IMG/VR virus record: IMGVR_UViG_3300035016_000042
Strand: one strand, 5' to 3'
From: a virus
Taxonomy: Duplodnaviria; Caudoviricetes
Length of the DNA: 44,423 nucleotides
Position numbers and translations under genes: made by a program. Of the stretch, positions 28,360-36,469 are shown one piece after another. The number at the start of each line of letters is the position of its first letter. The stretch's first letter is position 1. Under the pieces are notes generated by a model. The model worked only from the letters and a program-made list of their open reading frames with translations, did no database searches and had not been told where the DNA came from.

Positions 28360-30570
28360 ATGGCCTACGACTGGAAAACGCTCGACTTCGACGACATGGA
28401 CGCGGGGCACCTGCTGTTCGATCCGGAGCTCATCAACCTGTTCGTCGACGCGTTCGAGGAGAAGGTTGCCGCGCTGGACAGCTCCGTTACGGGCGGCTTC
28501 AACCCGAACCCGGTCACCCCCGGAAACTACGCCCGCCCCGACGAGGGGAACAACGCGCTGGCCGGCTACCGTTCGTTCTCCGGCGGCCAACCGACGGTCT
28601 GGGGCTGGGCGGACCTGCAGAGCGCCGTCAACGAGCTGGGCCGGGCCTACGTGCGCTACGCGGAGGCAAATGGGACGCCGATCGACTACGAGGGGCGTCC
28701 GTCGCTGGAGTTCTACGGGCCCAAGCCCCAGTTTTCGGGCGAGGTCTACGACCCGGAGCAGGATCACAGCTTCCGGCGGTGGCTGATGCGCCGGTGCTGG
28801 CCGCGCGAGGTGTGGGCGCTGGCCAACCCGGGCGAGGCGGGGCAGGTGGCGCGGTTCATCGCCACCGACTTCCCGCAAGGCTTCGGCATCCGGCCGCTGA
28901 CGCCCGTCGACGAGCGCGGACTGTCGGGGCGGATCGTGCGGCACGACGGCGGCGACAAGTGGATCGTCGTCGACGAGTTCGACCCGCTGAACTGGCAGGG
29001 CCCCGACGTGATCGAGGGGTTCGGACTGCTGCGGCCGCAGGGGATCTACAACGTCACGACCGACACGAACCAGCCGACCGACCCGCACTACGCGACGGCC
29101 GACATCTTCGGCGTCTGGATCGCCGCCGACATCTACCGGGCGATCAACCTGATGCGCTGGACCAACCCGGCGTCGTATTGGTCCAACCGCTGCGAGGCGG
29201 CGCGGCGGTACGGGTTCCGCTACGAGTCGGCCGGCGATCACTACACGAATGTCCACTTCGAGACCGCCGGCGAGGCCGCCGCTGCGTTCGAGAATCGCCG
29301 ACAGCAGGCCGTCGCGATCTACTCCGGATCCACCGCGCCGACCAACTCAGAGCTCGGGTTTAACTTCGAGGGGCCGACCGGTCCCAACCCGTACGTTCAA
29401 CTGCCGGCGACCGTGGGCACGGACTACTTCTTCGGGTTCATGAGGGTCCAGGGCACGATTCCCGGCCTGACCCTCATTCAGGGTGAGTCGCTTCCGTGGC
29501 AGCGACCAAAGTATCAGTCGCTCGCCCTGTCGATGGAGAACCTGCACGGCGTCGGCAAGCTGCAGCACCTGGGGGGCAACCTCTTTCGTTGGCGCCCGCC
29601 CCGCGCGACCGAGTTCGGGCCGGCCGTCCACGTCGCTGAAGATCGGGTGACGGTCCTGCACGGCGCCGGTGAGCCGATGAAGCGGATCGGGATCAGCTAC
29701 CGGAAGCCGAGCCTGATGGGGGGGCTGCAGTTCACCGTCGTCAACGGCAGCGTGACGAACACGAGCGGGCGGATCTTCACCAGCTTCCCGCTCTACAACA
29801 ACGAGGAGTCGCCGATCGGGGCTTACGTTGAGGGCGGCCGATTCGCGCGGGACGGCTTCTTCCTCCTTCAGGCCGTCGGCGGCGATAAGCTCTACCTCGG
29901 AGGCATCGGGATCGACGGTCAGCCCCTCGAGTTGCCGGAGGAGGGCGATAGCGGCCGGGTCTACACTGCCGATGGCCGATCATGGCTCGACGTGCGCCGC
30001 GCCTTCAGCCCGCGCGAGATCAGCATCGAGTTCGCGGCGGACCTGCGCGCGAGCCCCATGGCGTCGGCAGGTGAGTGGAAGCTGCTCAAGGACAGCGGGA
30101 CGTCCAGCCAGAGTCGGCTGTTCCTGCTGGAAATGGGCCAAAGCGGCTTTAACGCCTACGCCGCCGTCGTTCAGCGGCAGTACGCCTATCCGCACATCGA
30201 TGACCTGCCCCAGCCGGCGGTCGTCAATCGTACGATCGAGTTCTACGTCTCCACCGGCGCGGAGATCCTCGGCGACCAGTACGATTCATTTGGCGATCCG
30301 GACGCGGTGCCGCCGGAGTACGGCCTGCACCGCGTTCAGACGATCGGCTTAACGGTGGACCGCGATATCCGCGGGCGGCGCATCGGGCAGCTGGAGCCGA
30401 CGCCGAACCTCTGGCCCGAGCCTAAACCGGGCAGCACGAACATCTCACCGGTCGGCACCGAGGTGATCCGCTACCATTGCCACTCGGACTACCTGATCGG
30501 CTACGCGTTCCGGCTGACGACGATCGTCAAGTGGGACGTGCCCGGCGGGTTCCGTTACATCGTCGACTAA
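28360..30570 (+). CDS. Large tail-region protein, candidate receptor-binding protein
   Basis: 736-aa aromatic-rich ORF, last gene of the late operon. Confidence 0.6.
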   Translation: MAYDWKTLDFDDMDAGHLLFDPELINLFVDAFEEKVAALDSSVTGGFNPNPVTPGNYARPDEGNNALAGYRSFSGGQPTVWGWADLQSAVNELGRAYVRYAEANGTPIDYEGRPSLEFYGPKPQFSGEVYDPEQDHSFRRWLMRRCWPREVWALANPGEAGQVARFIATDFPQGFGIRPLTPVDERGLSGRIVRHDGGDKWIVVDEFDPLNWQGPDVIEGFGLLRPQGIYNVTTDTNQPTDPHYATADIFGVWIAADIYRAINLMRWTNPASYWSNRCEAARRYGFRYESAGDHYTNVHFETAGEAAAAFENRRQQAVAIYSGSTAPTNSELGFNFEGPTGPNPYVQLPATVGTDYFFGFMRVQGTIPGLTLIQGESLPWQRPKYQSLALSMENLHGVGKLQHLGGNLFRWRPPRATEFGPAVHVAEDRVTVLHGAGEPMKRIGISYRKPSLMGGLQFTVVNGSVTNTSGRIFTSFPLYNNEESPIGAYVEGGRFARDGFFLLQAVGGDKLYLGGIGIDGQPLELPEEGDSGRVYTADGRSWLDVRRAFSPREISIEFAADLRASPMASAGEWKLLKDSGTSSQSRLFLLEMGQSGFNAYAAVVQRQYAYPHIDDLPQPAVVNRTIEFYVSTGAEILGDQYDSFGDPDAVPPEYGLHRVQTIGLTVDRDIRGRRIGQLEPTPNLWPEPKPGSTNISPVGTEVIRYHCHSDYLIGYAFRLTTIVKWDVPGGFRYIVD

Positions 30571-31877
30571 GGTTTGACGCTGAAGATCATCTCGACCGGC
30601 TGCGGGTTGTTTAGCCGCCCCTGCGCGTCCTGCAGCGTGTAGGTGATTCGGATCAGCGATGGCCAGGCGGTATCGGTGCCCGGTCCCCACGCAAAGACGG
30701 TCGGCGTGCCGGACACGACGTTCTGCGCGGCGCTAGTGCCGCCGCTGGCGTAGGGCCACGTGACGTCCTCCGGATCGTTCAGGTCTCCGTCGGCGTTCAC
30801 GTCGCGGGCCAGCCCGTACCAGCGGATGTGCTCCATCGGGGGAATCGTGCCTGCGCCGGGTCCGTCCGGGTCGATCATCGCCTTGTCGATTCCCGCCACG
30901 CCGTCAAAGTCACCTGCGAACTCGACGCGGAAGTCCGTGCATCCCGGCAGGAATACGGGCGCGGTCTTCGCTGCGCCTGCTGAATCGAGCGGACGCATGG
31001 GGAAGGGGTCGGCTTGGTAGCGATAGTTGAACGAGTCCCACCACGAAGCGTTGGCGGTCAGCTTCGCCACGAGATAGGGGAACACATCTGCGGAATCCGA
31101 GTTCAGGCCGACCAGGTCGTAACGCGACTGTTCGACGCGCGGCTTCGGACCAGTTGCGGGGTCGTTGGTCGCGGGCGAGGCGTACTCGAATGGGCTCATG
31201 TCGGCGGCGTCGTCGTCGATGAAGACCTGCTCCACCCTCTGATTGTCCAGGACGACTCGGCTGCCAACCGGGACGTTCGTCGGCGTCTTCTGCTTCATCA
31301 GGAGCGCCACCCGACCCAGCGTCCACTGCCGAGCGAAATAGTTGTTGGGGTTCGTCGAGAAGGTAGAACCGGCGTTGGGATTCATGGAGCCCGGCAGGAT
31401 CGGCTGGCTCGCGTTTCCGTTGTAGAAGAACGCGCCACCATTGTCCGGCAGCATCAGGTGACCGTACCACACGTACGCTTGCTCGCCAGACATGTCGGAC
31501 GTGAGAAAGTTCACGTTGCCGCTTTGCCGGCGGAACTCACCGGTGACGAACATGCCGATCCGGTCAGTGCGGTACAGCGTGCGGCCGGTCATCCCTGCGT
31601 CGCGCGTCGGGTCCTGATCGCGGGTCGCCGGGTCCAGGTACCCAGCCGTGGTGCCGGACCAGATGACGAGGCCGGGGTTCGTGCTCGCCAAGCCGGCAAA
31701 GTCGTTGCTGAACACGGTCTGTGCCGCGCGCTGGTCGCGAGTGGTGGCGGACAGCGCCATGCCGGCCCCGATCGTCTGACCGGTCAAGCTGAACACGGTC
31801 GCGATGCCGATGATGAGCACGAGCGCAATGGCGATGGAGATCAGGAGTTCGGTCAGGGTGAAGCCGTTACGTTTCAT
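30567..31877 (-). CDS. Prepilin-type N-terminal cleavage/methylation protein (PilW/PulJ-like minor pilin)
   Basis: MKRNG|FTLTELLISIAIALVLIIGIATVF: basic leader, G|F cleavage site, E5, hydrophobic helix; C-terminal WPSLIRITYTL. Confidence 0.9.
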   Translation of the reverse strand: MKRNGFTLTELLISIAIALVLIIGIATVFSLTGQTIGAGMALSATTRDQRAAQTVFSNDFAGLASTNPGLVIWSGTTAGYLDPATRDQDPTRDAGMTGRTLYRTDRIGMFVTGEFRRQSGNVNFLTSDMSGEQAYVWYGHLMLPDNGGAFFYNGNASQPILPGSMNPNAGSTFSTNPNNYFARQWTLGRVALLMKQKTPTNVPVGSRVVLDNQRVEQVFIDDDAADMSPFEYASPATNDPATGPKPRVEQSRYDLVGLNSDSADVFPYLVAKLTANASWWDSFNYRYQADPFPMRPLDSAGAAKTAPVFLPGCTDFRVEFAGDFDGVAGIDKAMIDPDGPGAGTIPPMEHIRWYGLARDVNADGDLNDPEDVTWPYASGGTSAAQNVVSGTPTVFAWGPGTDTAWPSLIRITYTLQDAQGRLNNPQPVEMIFSVKP

Positions 31878-32163
31878 TTGGGGTCTCCACGACTTCAAAG
31901 CCGCGTTGGCGTTTTTCGCTGACGATGCGGGTGCTGAGGTAGAACTCGGTGACGGCAGCGCCGATGACGACACCGATGCCGGTGGCCGCCAACCAGAAAT
32001 ACGTGTCGTGCTGGGCCGGCACGCCGGAATAGAAGAACTTGAAGGTCATCACGAGCGAGAATGCCGCCGCCACGAGGCTCAGTGCCAGGTTGATCGCCCG
32101 GTGCAGGGTCATCTCTTCATCCCATTCCATTCTCGGCCGCCCTTCATTCTTCGCAATGTCCAC
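31867..32163 (-). CDS. Small two-TM membrane protein
   Basis: Two hydrophobic segments; stop overlaps the pilin start; exact start uncertain. Confidence 0.65.
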   Translation of the reverse strand: MDIAKNEGRPRMEWDEEMTLHRAINLALSLVAAAFSLVMTFKFFYSGVPAQHDTYFWLAATGIGVVIGAAVTEFYLSTRIVSEKRQRGFEVVETPNET

Positions 32164-32194
32164 GTCTCGCCGCTAGGGCCAAATGCCGGCAAGT

Positions 32195-32225
32195 GAATCG
32201 TGACGTCACGGTTCGCTGCCGTCAA
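32195..32225 (-). promoter_or_regulatory. Candidate promoter with palindromic operator for the membrane protein/pilin operon
   Basis: Minus strand TTGACG at 32225-32220; 20-bp near-perfect palindrome GAATCGTGACGTCACGGTTC (32195-32214) covers the expected -10. Confidence 0.45.
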
Positions 32226-32280
32226 TTCAGAGTAGCTCATCTCAACCGCCGACAACGGCGATTCCACCGTCAAATCCGCC

Positions 32281-32314
32281 ACGCCCCGCCCCGGTAACGG
32301 TGGCGGGGCGTTTT
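32281..32314 (+). terminator. Intrinsic terminator-like hairpin
   Basis: ACGCCCCGCC / GGCGGGGCGT 10-bp stem followed by a short T run. Confidence 0.55.
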
Positions 32315-32340
32315 ACGTTGAACTAACCCTGTCGCGGGCG

Positions 32341-32448
32341 CAGATAGGACTTGCCCCCGCTGCACTCGGGGGTTACATCCTAACAAAGTGCGAACATTGC
32401 CACGGGAAGGCACTTCACCACGCCCGCAGGATGGGGCCCTATCTGGAG
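32341..32448 (+). ncRNA. Candidate structured cis-regulatory RNA with two possible pseudoknots
   Basis: Outer stem CAGATAGG/CCTATCTG; hairpin CCCCCG/CGGGGG whose loop pairs with AGTGCG; CATCCT pairs with loop AGGATG; abuts the GGAG RBS. Confidence 0.45.
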
Positions 32449-32452
32449 ACCG

Positions 32453-33562
32453 ATGATGATCCAACCGCTTTTCGAAGTGACCGAGACCGGTCGCGTAATG
32501 CCGCTCTGGCCGCTTGACCCACGATCGGGCGAGCCGATCGAGCCCGACGGGAAGGCCCGCCTGACCGCTGCGCAGGCGTCGCAACTCTCAGGCGAAAGCG
32601 AGGCGTCCCATAACGAGCAGTTTCGTTTGGCGTTCGCGAAGTGGCTCGACGACGAGGTCACGGAGGCCCAGGTCGAAGAGTCCGAAAAGGATGCCCGAGA
32701 AAAGAACGGCGGCCGGGCGCCGACCAAGGTCCGCCTCGGCGGTGACCTGTTCCGCGCGCTCTTTTACCCGCACTTCGCCGGCTATGACGCAGAGTGGGAT
32801 TACTACATGTCCGAGTGCGCCCGCCGGAAGCTCAACCCGCGGTCGAAGGAGATCTTCGCCGAGCTGAAGCCGAACGAGGTGACCGGCCGCATGGAGCTGG
32901 TCATCTACTGCGGGATCGCCGGCTTCCGGCGGATCCTCGACGAGACCGGCCGCTCCGCCGGCAACGACGAGGCGCAGTTCACGTACGGCGACGATCCGTA
33001 CTACCCGGTCAAGTGCGTGTTCACCCTGTACATGATGGTTCACGGTCAGCGTTGCCCGTTCGTCGGACGCGCCAAGTGGCTCGAATACAACCCCGAGGGC
33101 GAGCCGACGCAACAGTACCGGCGCGAGAAGCCTGAGCAGTGGCTGTCGAAGATCGCCGAGGCCGACGCGATCCGCCGCGCGGCGCCGGAACGCGCGTCGG
33201 ACCTCTACGAGCGCGCCGAAATGGAAAGCGTGCGACAGCGCAACGCGCGGGCGTCTGCGCGCCCCGCGCCGGAGGCGAAGCGCGGCCAGGCTGAACGCGC
33301 GACGGTCCCCGTCGGAGGCCGCGACTGGACCGACCCCGAACCGTACTACGACGCCGACGAGGACGCGCCGGCGAGCGAGGAGGGCTTCCGGACGGTGTTG
33401 ATCTCGATGGGCTTCGCGACGCCCGCTCAACGCAAGGCCGTCACGCGGCAGCTGCAGGATCGGCTGACTGCCAACAGCCCGCGCGAGTTCTGGGCGAAGG
33501 CCGTGCGCGAGCTGAGGGACAAGCCGCAGGTTTACGGCGCCAAGACGCTGACTGAAGTGTAA
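32453..33562 (+). CDS. Bet/RecT-family single-strand annealing protein (divergent)
   Basis: LNPRSKEIF, GIAGFRRI..TG, AKWLEY, KPEQWLSKIAEADAIRRAAP..DLY..AEM match the Red-beta pattern. Confidence 0.8.
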   Translation: MMIQPLFEVTETGRVMPLWPLDPRSGEPIEPDGKARLTAAQASQLSGESEASHNEQFRLAFAKWLDDEVTEAQVEESEKDAREKNGGRAPTKVRLGGDLFRALFYPHFAGYDAEWDYYMSECARRKLNPRSKEIFAELKPNEVTGRMELVIYCGIAGFRRILDETGRSAGNDEAQFTYGDDPYYPVKCVFTLYMMVHGQRCPFVGRAKWLEYNPEGEPTQQYRREKPEQWLSKIAEADAIRRAAPERASDLYERAEMESVRQRNARASARPAPEAKRGQAERATVPVGGRDWTDPEPYYDADEDAPASEEGFRTVLISMGFATPAQRKAVTRQLQDRLTANSPREFWAKAVRELRDKPQVYGAKTLTEV

Positions 33563-33572
33563 GGGGGCGACC

Positions 33573-33974
33573 ATGCCGAACATCGGCGAGCTCGAACTTG
33601 TCAGCCGGCCGTCCACGGAGGGACGGCGGTTGCCGATGCAGTTCATCACGATCGAGAGCCCCGGCTACGCCGCAGCGAGGTCGGGAAAGTGGAACCCGCC
33701 GGACGCGTACGTTCGTCACGAGGCGATCGTCCTCGGCGTGCTGGAAGATCACACGGGCGACCGCTGGCTACGCGTGGTTCAGTGGTGCGGGGTGACCCGC
33801 CGGTGGAGGGTCGAGTCCGGCTACACGCCGTTCGCCGTCGTCGCTTGGCGCGCGGATGTCGAGTCCAAGCCGTTCCTGGCCGTGCCGACTGCCCGCGAGT
33901 TCCCGTCGGTCCCGTTCCCGCCGCCGCCGGCGCGGGACCCGCGACAGTACCGGACGAACCCGTACGTTCGATGA
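33573..33974 (+). CDS. Hypothetical protein
   Basis: 133 aa, AGGGGG RBS, follows the Bet-like gene. Confidence 0.6.
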   Translation: MPNIGELELVSRPSTEGRRLPMQFITIESPGYAAARSGKWNPPDAYVRHEAIVLGVLEDHTGDRWLRVVQWCGVTRRWRVESGYTPFAVVAWRADVESKPFLAVPTAREFPSVPFPPPPARDPRQYRTNPYVR

Positions 33975-33996
33975 GGCGGAGTAGGAGGGTGGGACG

Positions 33997-34488
33997 ATGT
34001 CAGACCAAACGTTCGAGGTCCGAGCCGCGGCGGTGTTGTCCGTCCCGCGCAAGCTGCAGTGGGTGATGCTCGTGCTGCAGGACCTGCTGCGGTTGCCCGG
34101 CGTCGAGCACGCCGAGGTCTGGTTCTTCGACCCGCGGGACGCGGCGCAGAAGCTGCGCGAGCGGAAGGTGACTGCCGAGCAGCTGCCGCTGCGCGGCGAC
34201 GAGATCCCGTGGCCAATCGACGTGAAGTTGTTCGCGGCCGTCGGCCAGGTGCTCCACCGCGACTTCGCGGAAGTGATGGAGCGTCATCGTGACTTCGTTG
34301 CCAAGCTGTCAGATGTGCGAGTGCGACGTCGCGGCTACAAGCCGGTCAGCCGTCTGCTCGTCGTCGACCGCGTTGAGCACCGGGGCAAGTGGGTTACGTA
34401 CCAGGTGATGACGTCAGGTAAGCGACGGACCGCGTACGGGTTGCCGCTCTTGCCCGACACTTACGGATCATACGCGACCGCCTTCTGA
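33997..34488 (+). CDS. Hypothetical protein
   Basis: 163 aa, GGAGGG upstream, same operon. Confidence 0.65.
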   Translation: MSDQTFEVRAAAVLSVPRKLQWVMLVLQDLLRLPGVEHAEVWFFDPRDAAQKLRERKVTAEQLPLRGDEIPWPIDVKLFAAVGQVLHRDFAEVMERHRDFVAKLSDVRVRRRGYKPVSRLLVVDRVEHRGKWVTYQVMTSGKRRTAYGLPLLPDTYGSYATAF

Positions 34489-34532
34489 TGATGTGCGGCC
34501 CGGGCCAATGGTCGCATCACTCTAGTCCCGCA

Positions 34533-34751
34533 TCAAAAGACGTCTAAGAGCCGATAAGGCCCTCGGTGCTCAAGATAAGCAATGCCTCGAGAAGCTGTTT
34601 CATCTTTGGTCGGGGACCGTTCCGGCTTTAGTTTCGTCGCCAGCTGAACGCCGCTGCCGTTCTTGATTGTATAGGTCCAGTTTCCTTTCTCGCCCCCGTC
34701 AATCTCAACCAAAACAACGATCAGCACGTCCGCTTGCGATGTAACTGCCAT
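34533..34751 (-). CDS. Small hypothetical protein
   Basis: 72 aa with AAGGA RBS, visibly more AT-rich than its neighbours. Confidence 0.5.
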   Translation of the reverse strand: MAVTSQADVLIVVLVEIDGGEKGNWTYTIKNGSGVQLATKLKPERSPTKDETASRGIAYLEHRGPYRLLDVF

Positions 34752-34808
34752 AGTGCGTCCTTCCAGTTCATTATGAAGCAGCCTCCGCCAAGGCTGACTC
34801 TCGCCAAT

Positions 34809-35612
34809 TCACGGCATATACGGCGTCAACACGAAGACGGTCCGCGTCGACCCCATTACCGTCTCGTACTGCGTTGTCCCGGTCACTTGGAATGGGTCTG
34901 CCGACGCGAAGTCGCTGTCGTCGGTCAACCCCGTGGTCGGGTAGACGTCCAACATGACGATCTTCCCGTCCAGGCTGAGAAGCGTGCGCATGCGGTCGAT
35001 CACCTGCACGATGCGCGTCTCCGATGGCAATCGCCCGACGTCGCCGATCGACATCGAACGCGGGCGAATCGTCTGCTGGGCGGCCGCCGCCAACGCGGCA
35101 CGATACGCGTCGGCCCGCCGCATTCGTTGAGCCCGTTCGCGCGCCTCCTGCTCGGCGTGCGCCCTGGCTTCGGCGGTCTCGTGAGCCGCGATCAGGCGGG
35201 CATACGTCGCGTCGTCCGTCCCGGGCTGGCGCGGCACCGCGGGATGCACGTATGGCAGCGGGGCCGCGGCGGCCGACGGCGTGGTGGCCTGTACCGTGGC
35301 TGGCTCCGAGAAAATGAGCCACGCCGCGATGACGATGGTCAACAGCGGCAGCCCGACGATCGCCGCCCACGCGGCGGGCGACAACGATGCCTCACGCTGG
35401 CTCTTGACCAGTTGCGAGGCATCGCGCGGCACGCGGCTCACGACCACCGGCAACGCGTCTCCCGTTGCCGCGCGTGACGGCCTCGGCTTCACCCGCTCAA
35501 TCAGCACTGTCTTACCCGCGATCTTCACGGCCTCGGCCTCGCTGGCCGCTTCCACCTCAATGCGAACGTCGTCGGCCGTGTCCCGGTCGGCGCCGATGAT
35601 CTCGTATTTCAT
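34809..35612 (-). CDS. Single-pass membrane protein in the repressor operon
   Basis: TM segment AAWAAIVGLPLLTIVIAAWLIF, coiled region, C-terminal beta domain. Confidence 0.75.
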   Translation of the reverse strand: MKYEIIGADRDTADDVRIEVEAASEAEAVKIAGKTVLIERVKPRPSRAATGDALPVVVSRVPRDASQLVKSQREASLSPAAWAAIVGLPLLTIVIAAWLIFSEPATVQATTPSAAAAPLPYVHPAVPRQPGTDDATYARLIAAHETAEARAHAEQEARERAQRMRRADAYRAALAAAAQQTIRPRSMSIGDVGRLPSETRIVQVIDRMRTLLSLDGKIVMLDVYPTTGLTDDSDFASADPFQVTGTTQYETVMGSTRTVFVLTPYMP

Positions 35613-35636
35613 GCTCACCCCACTGTCAGACGTGTC

Positions 35637-36008
35637 TCAGTCCTTCTTCTTCGTCGCCTTTTCCGCGACGTGCTCCATGTTCTCGTAAGCCCGCTCGACC
35701 TTGTCGGCGAGCTTGCGGATCAACTCGCAGGCCTGCGAGACGTTGGCAGGGATCTCGCTTCCGGCGATCCCGCCGGCGGCCGCCATCTCAGCCAGCTTGA
35801 TCTTCGCCAACGCAGCTCCCGCGTCGCCGGTCTTGGAGAGAACGGCTAATCGCACCGACAAGTCCTGTGCGGCGAACCATTCCAGCAGCCGCGCGATAAT
35901 TTGCACATTCGGTACGCCGTGCTCTGTCTTCATCTGCGCAAGAAGATCACGCGCAGCGGCGCTCACTTCGACGGAAATCCGGACAGCGTCCTCGCTACTT
36001 GTCGCCAC
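35637..36008 (-). CDS. Putative immunity repressor, ribbon-helix-helix-like
   Basis: VRISVEVS (strand) AAARDLLAQMKTEHG (helix) VPNVQIIARLLEWF (helix); CI position in a divergent pair. Confidence 0.6.
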   Translation of the reverse strand: MATSSEDAVRISVEVSAAARDLLAQMKTEHGVPNVQIIARLLEWFAAQDLSVRLAVLSKTGDAGAALAKIKLAEMAAAGGIAGSEIPANVSQACELIRKLADKVERAYENMEHVAEKATKKKD

Positions 36009-36082
36009 AACTCCCCACCGTAAGAAATTTCGTGATTGATCGCAACATTTGGTTTGGCCGAGGGTTATCGCGCAGGGGGCGA

Positions 36083-36140
36083 TAGTTTGCTCTAGATTGT
36101 TCTAGTTTGTTCTTGACGATGGGCTAAGTGGTGGTATCTT
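36083..36140 (+). promoter_or_regulatory. Rightward early promoter with three tandem 10-bp operator-like repeats
   Basis: TAGTTTGCTC-TAGATTGTTC-TAGTTTGTTC (36083-36112) immediately followed by TTGACG-16 nt-TATCTT with a TG extension. Confidence 0.65.
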
Positions 36141-36165
36141 CCCCACATCACTTGACGGGAGTTGT

Positions 36166-36402
36166 ATGCCACTGGCCGAGGGAAAAACCGAGGAAAGCGT
36201 GAAAATCAACGCGGCGGACTACGACCGCGCCGAGAACATCGCGCTCGACACCGGGCTGAGTCGGAAGGACTCGATCGGTGCCGCCCTGGAGGGCTGGGAT
36301 TCGTTGCCCCGCACCGTGCGGGAACGCATCCGCCGCGATCGGCTGGCCCGTGCTGCTGCTCGTGATGGCCGCCAAGGCCGTACTGAACGCGTCTCCGCTT
36401 AA
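36166..36402 (+). CDS. Cro-position DNA-binding protein, ribbon-helix-helix-like
   Basis: ESVKIN (strand) AADYDRAENIALDTG LSRKDSIGAALEGW; GGGAG RBS; first gene of the early operon. Confidence 0.65.
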   Translation: MPLAEGKTEESVKINAADYDRAENIALDTGLSRKDSIGAALEGWDSLPRTVRERIRRDRLARAAARDGRQGRTERVSA

Positions 36403-36469
36403 TCGTCCGATCGTTCAATGTTTCGCTCGGGGGCCGCGGAGATTCCGCGCTTACAGGAAAGGGAATTCC

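Noticed and set aside
460-30690. Many long alternative-frame and antisense ORFs (e.g. 5964-7448, 20189-21718, 24024-25904)
   Set aside because: Expected in high-GC DNA; they shadow motif-supported genes and have low-complexity Arg/Ala/Gly composition
31878-31973. N-terminal extension of the pilin ORF
   Set aside because: Overlaps the membrane-protein gene; the prepilin leader begins at ATG 31877
32354-32433. Pistol ribozyme assignment for the bet leader
   Set aside because: Only the topology is partly similar; conserved pistol junction nucleotides and spacing do not match
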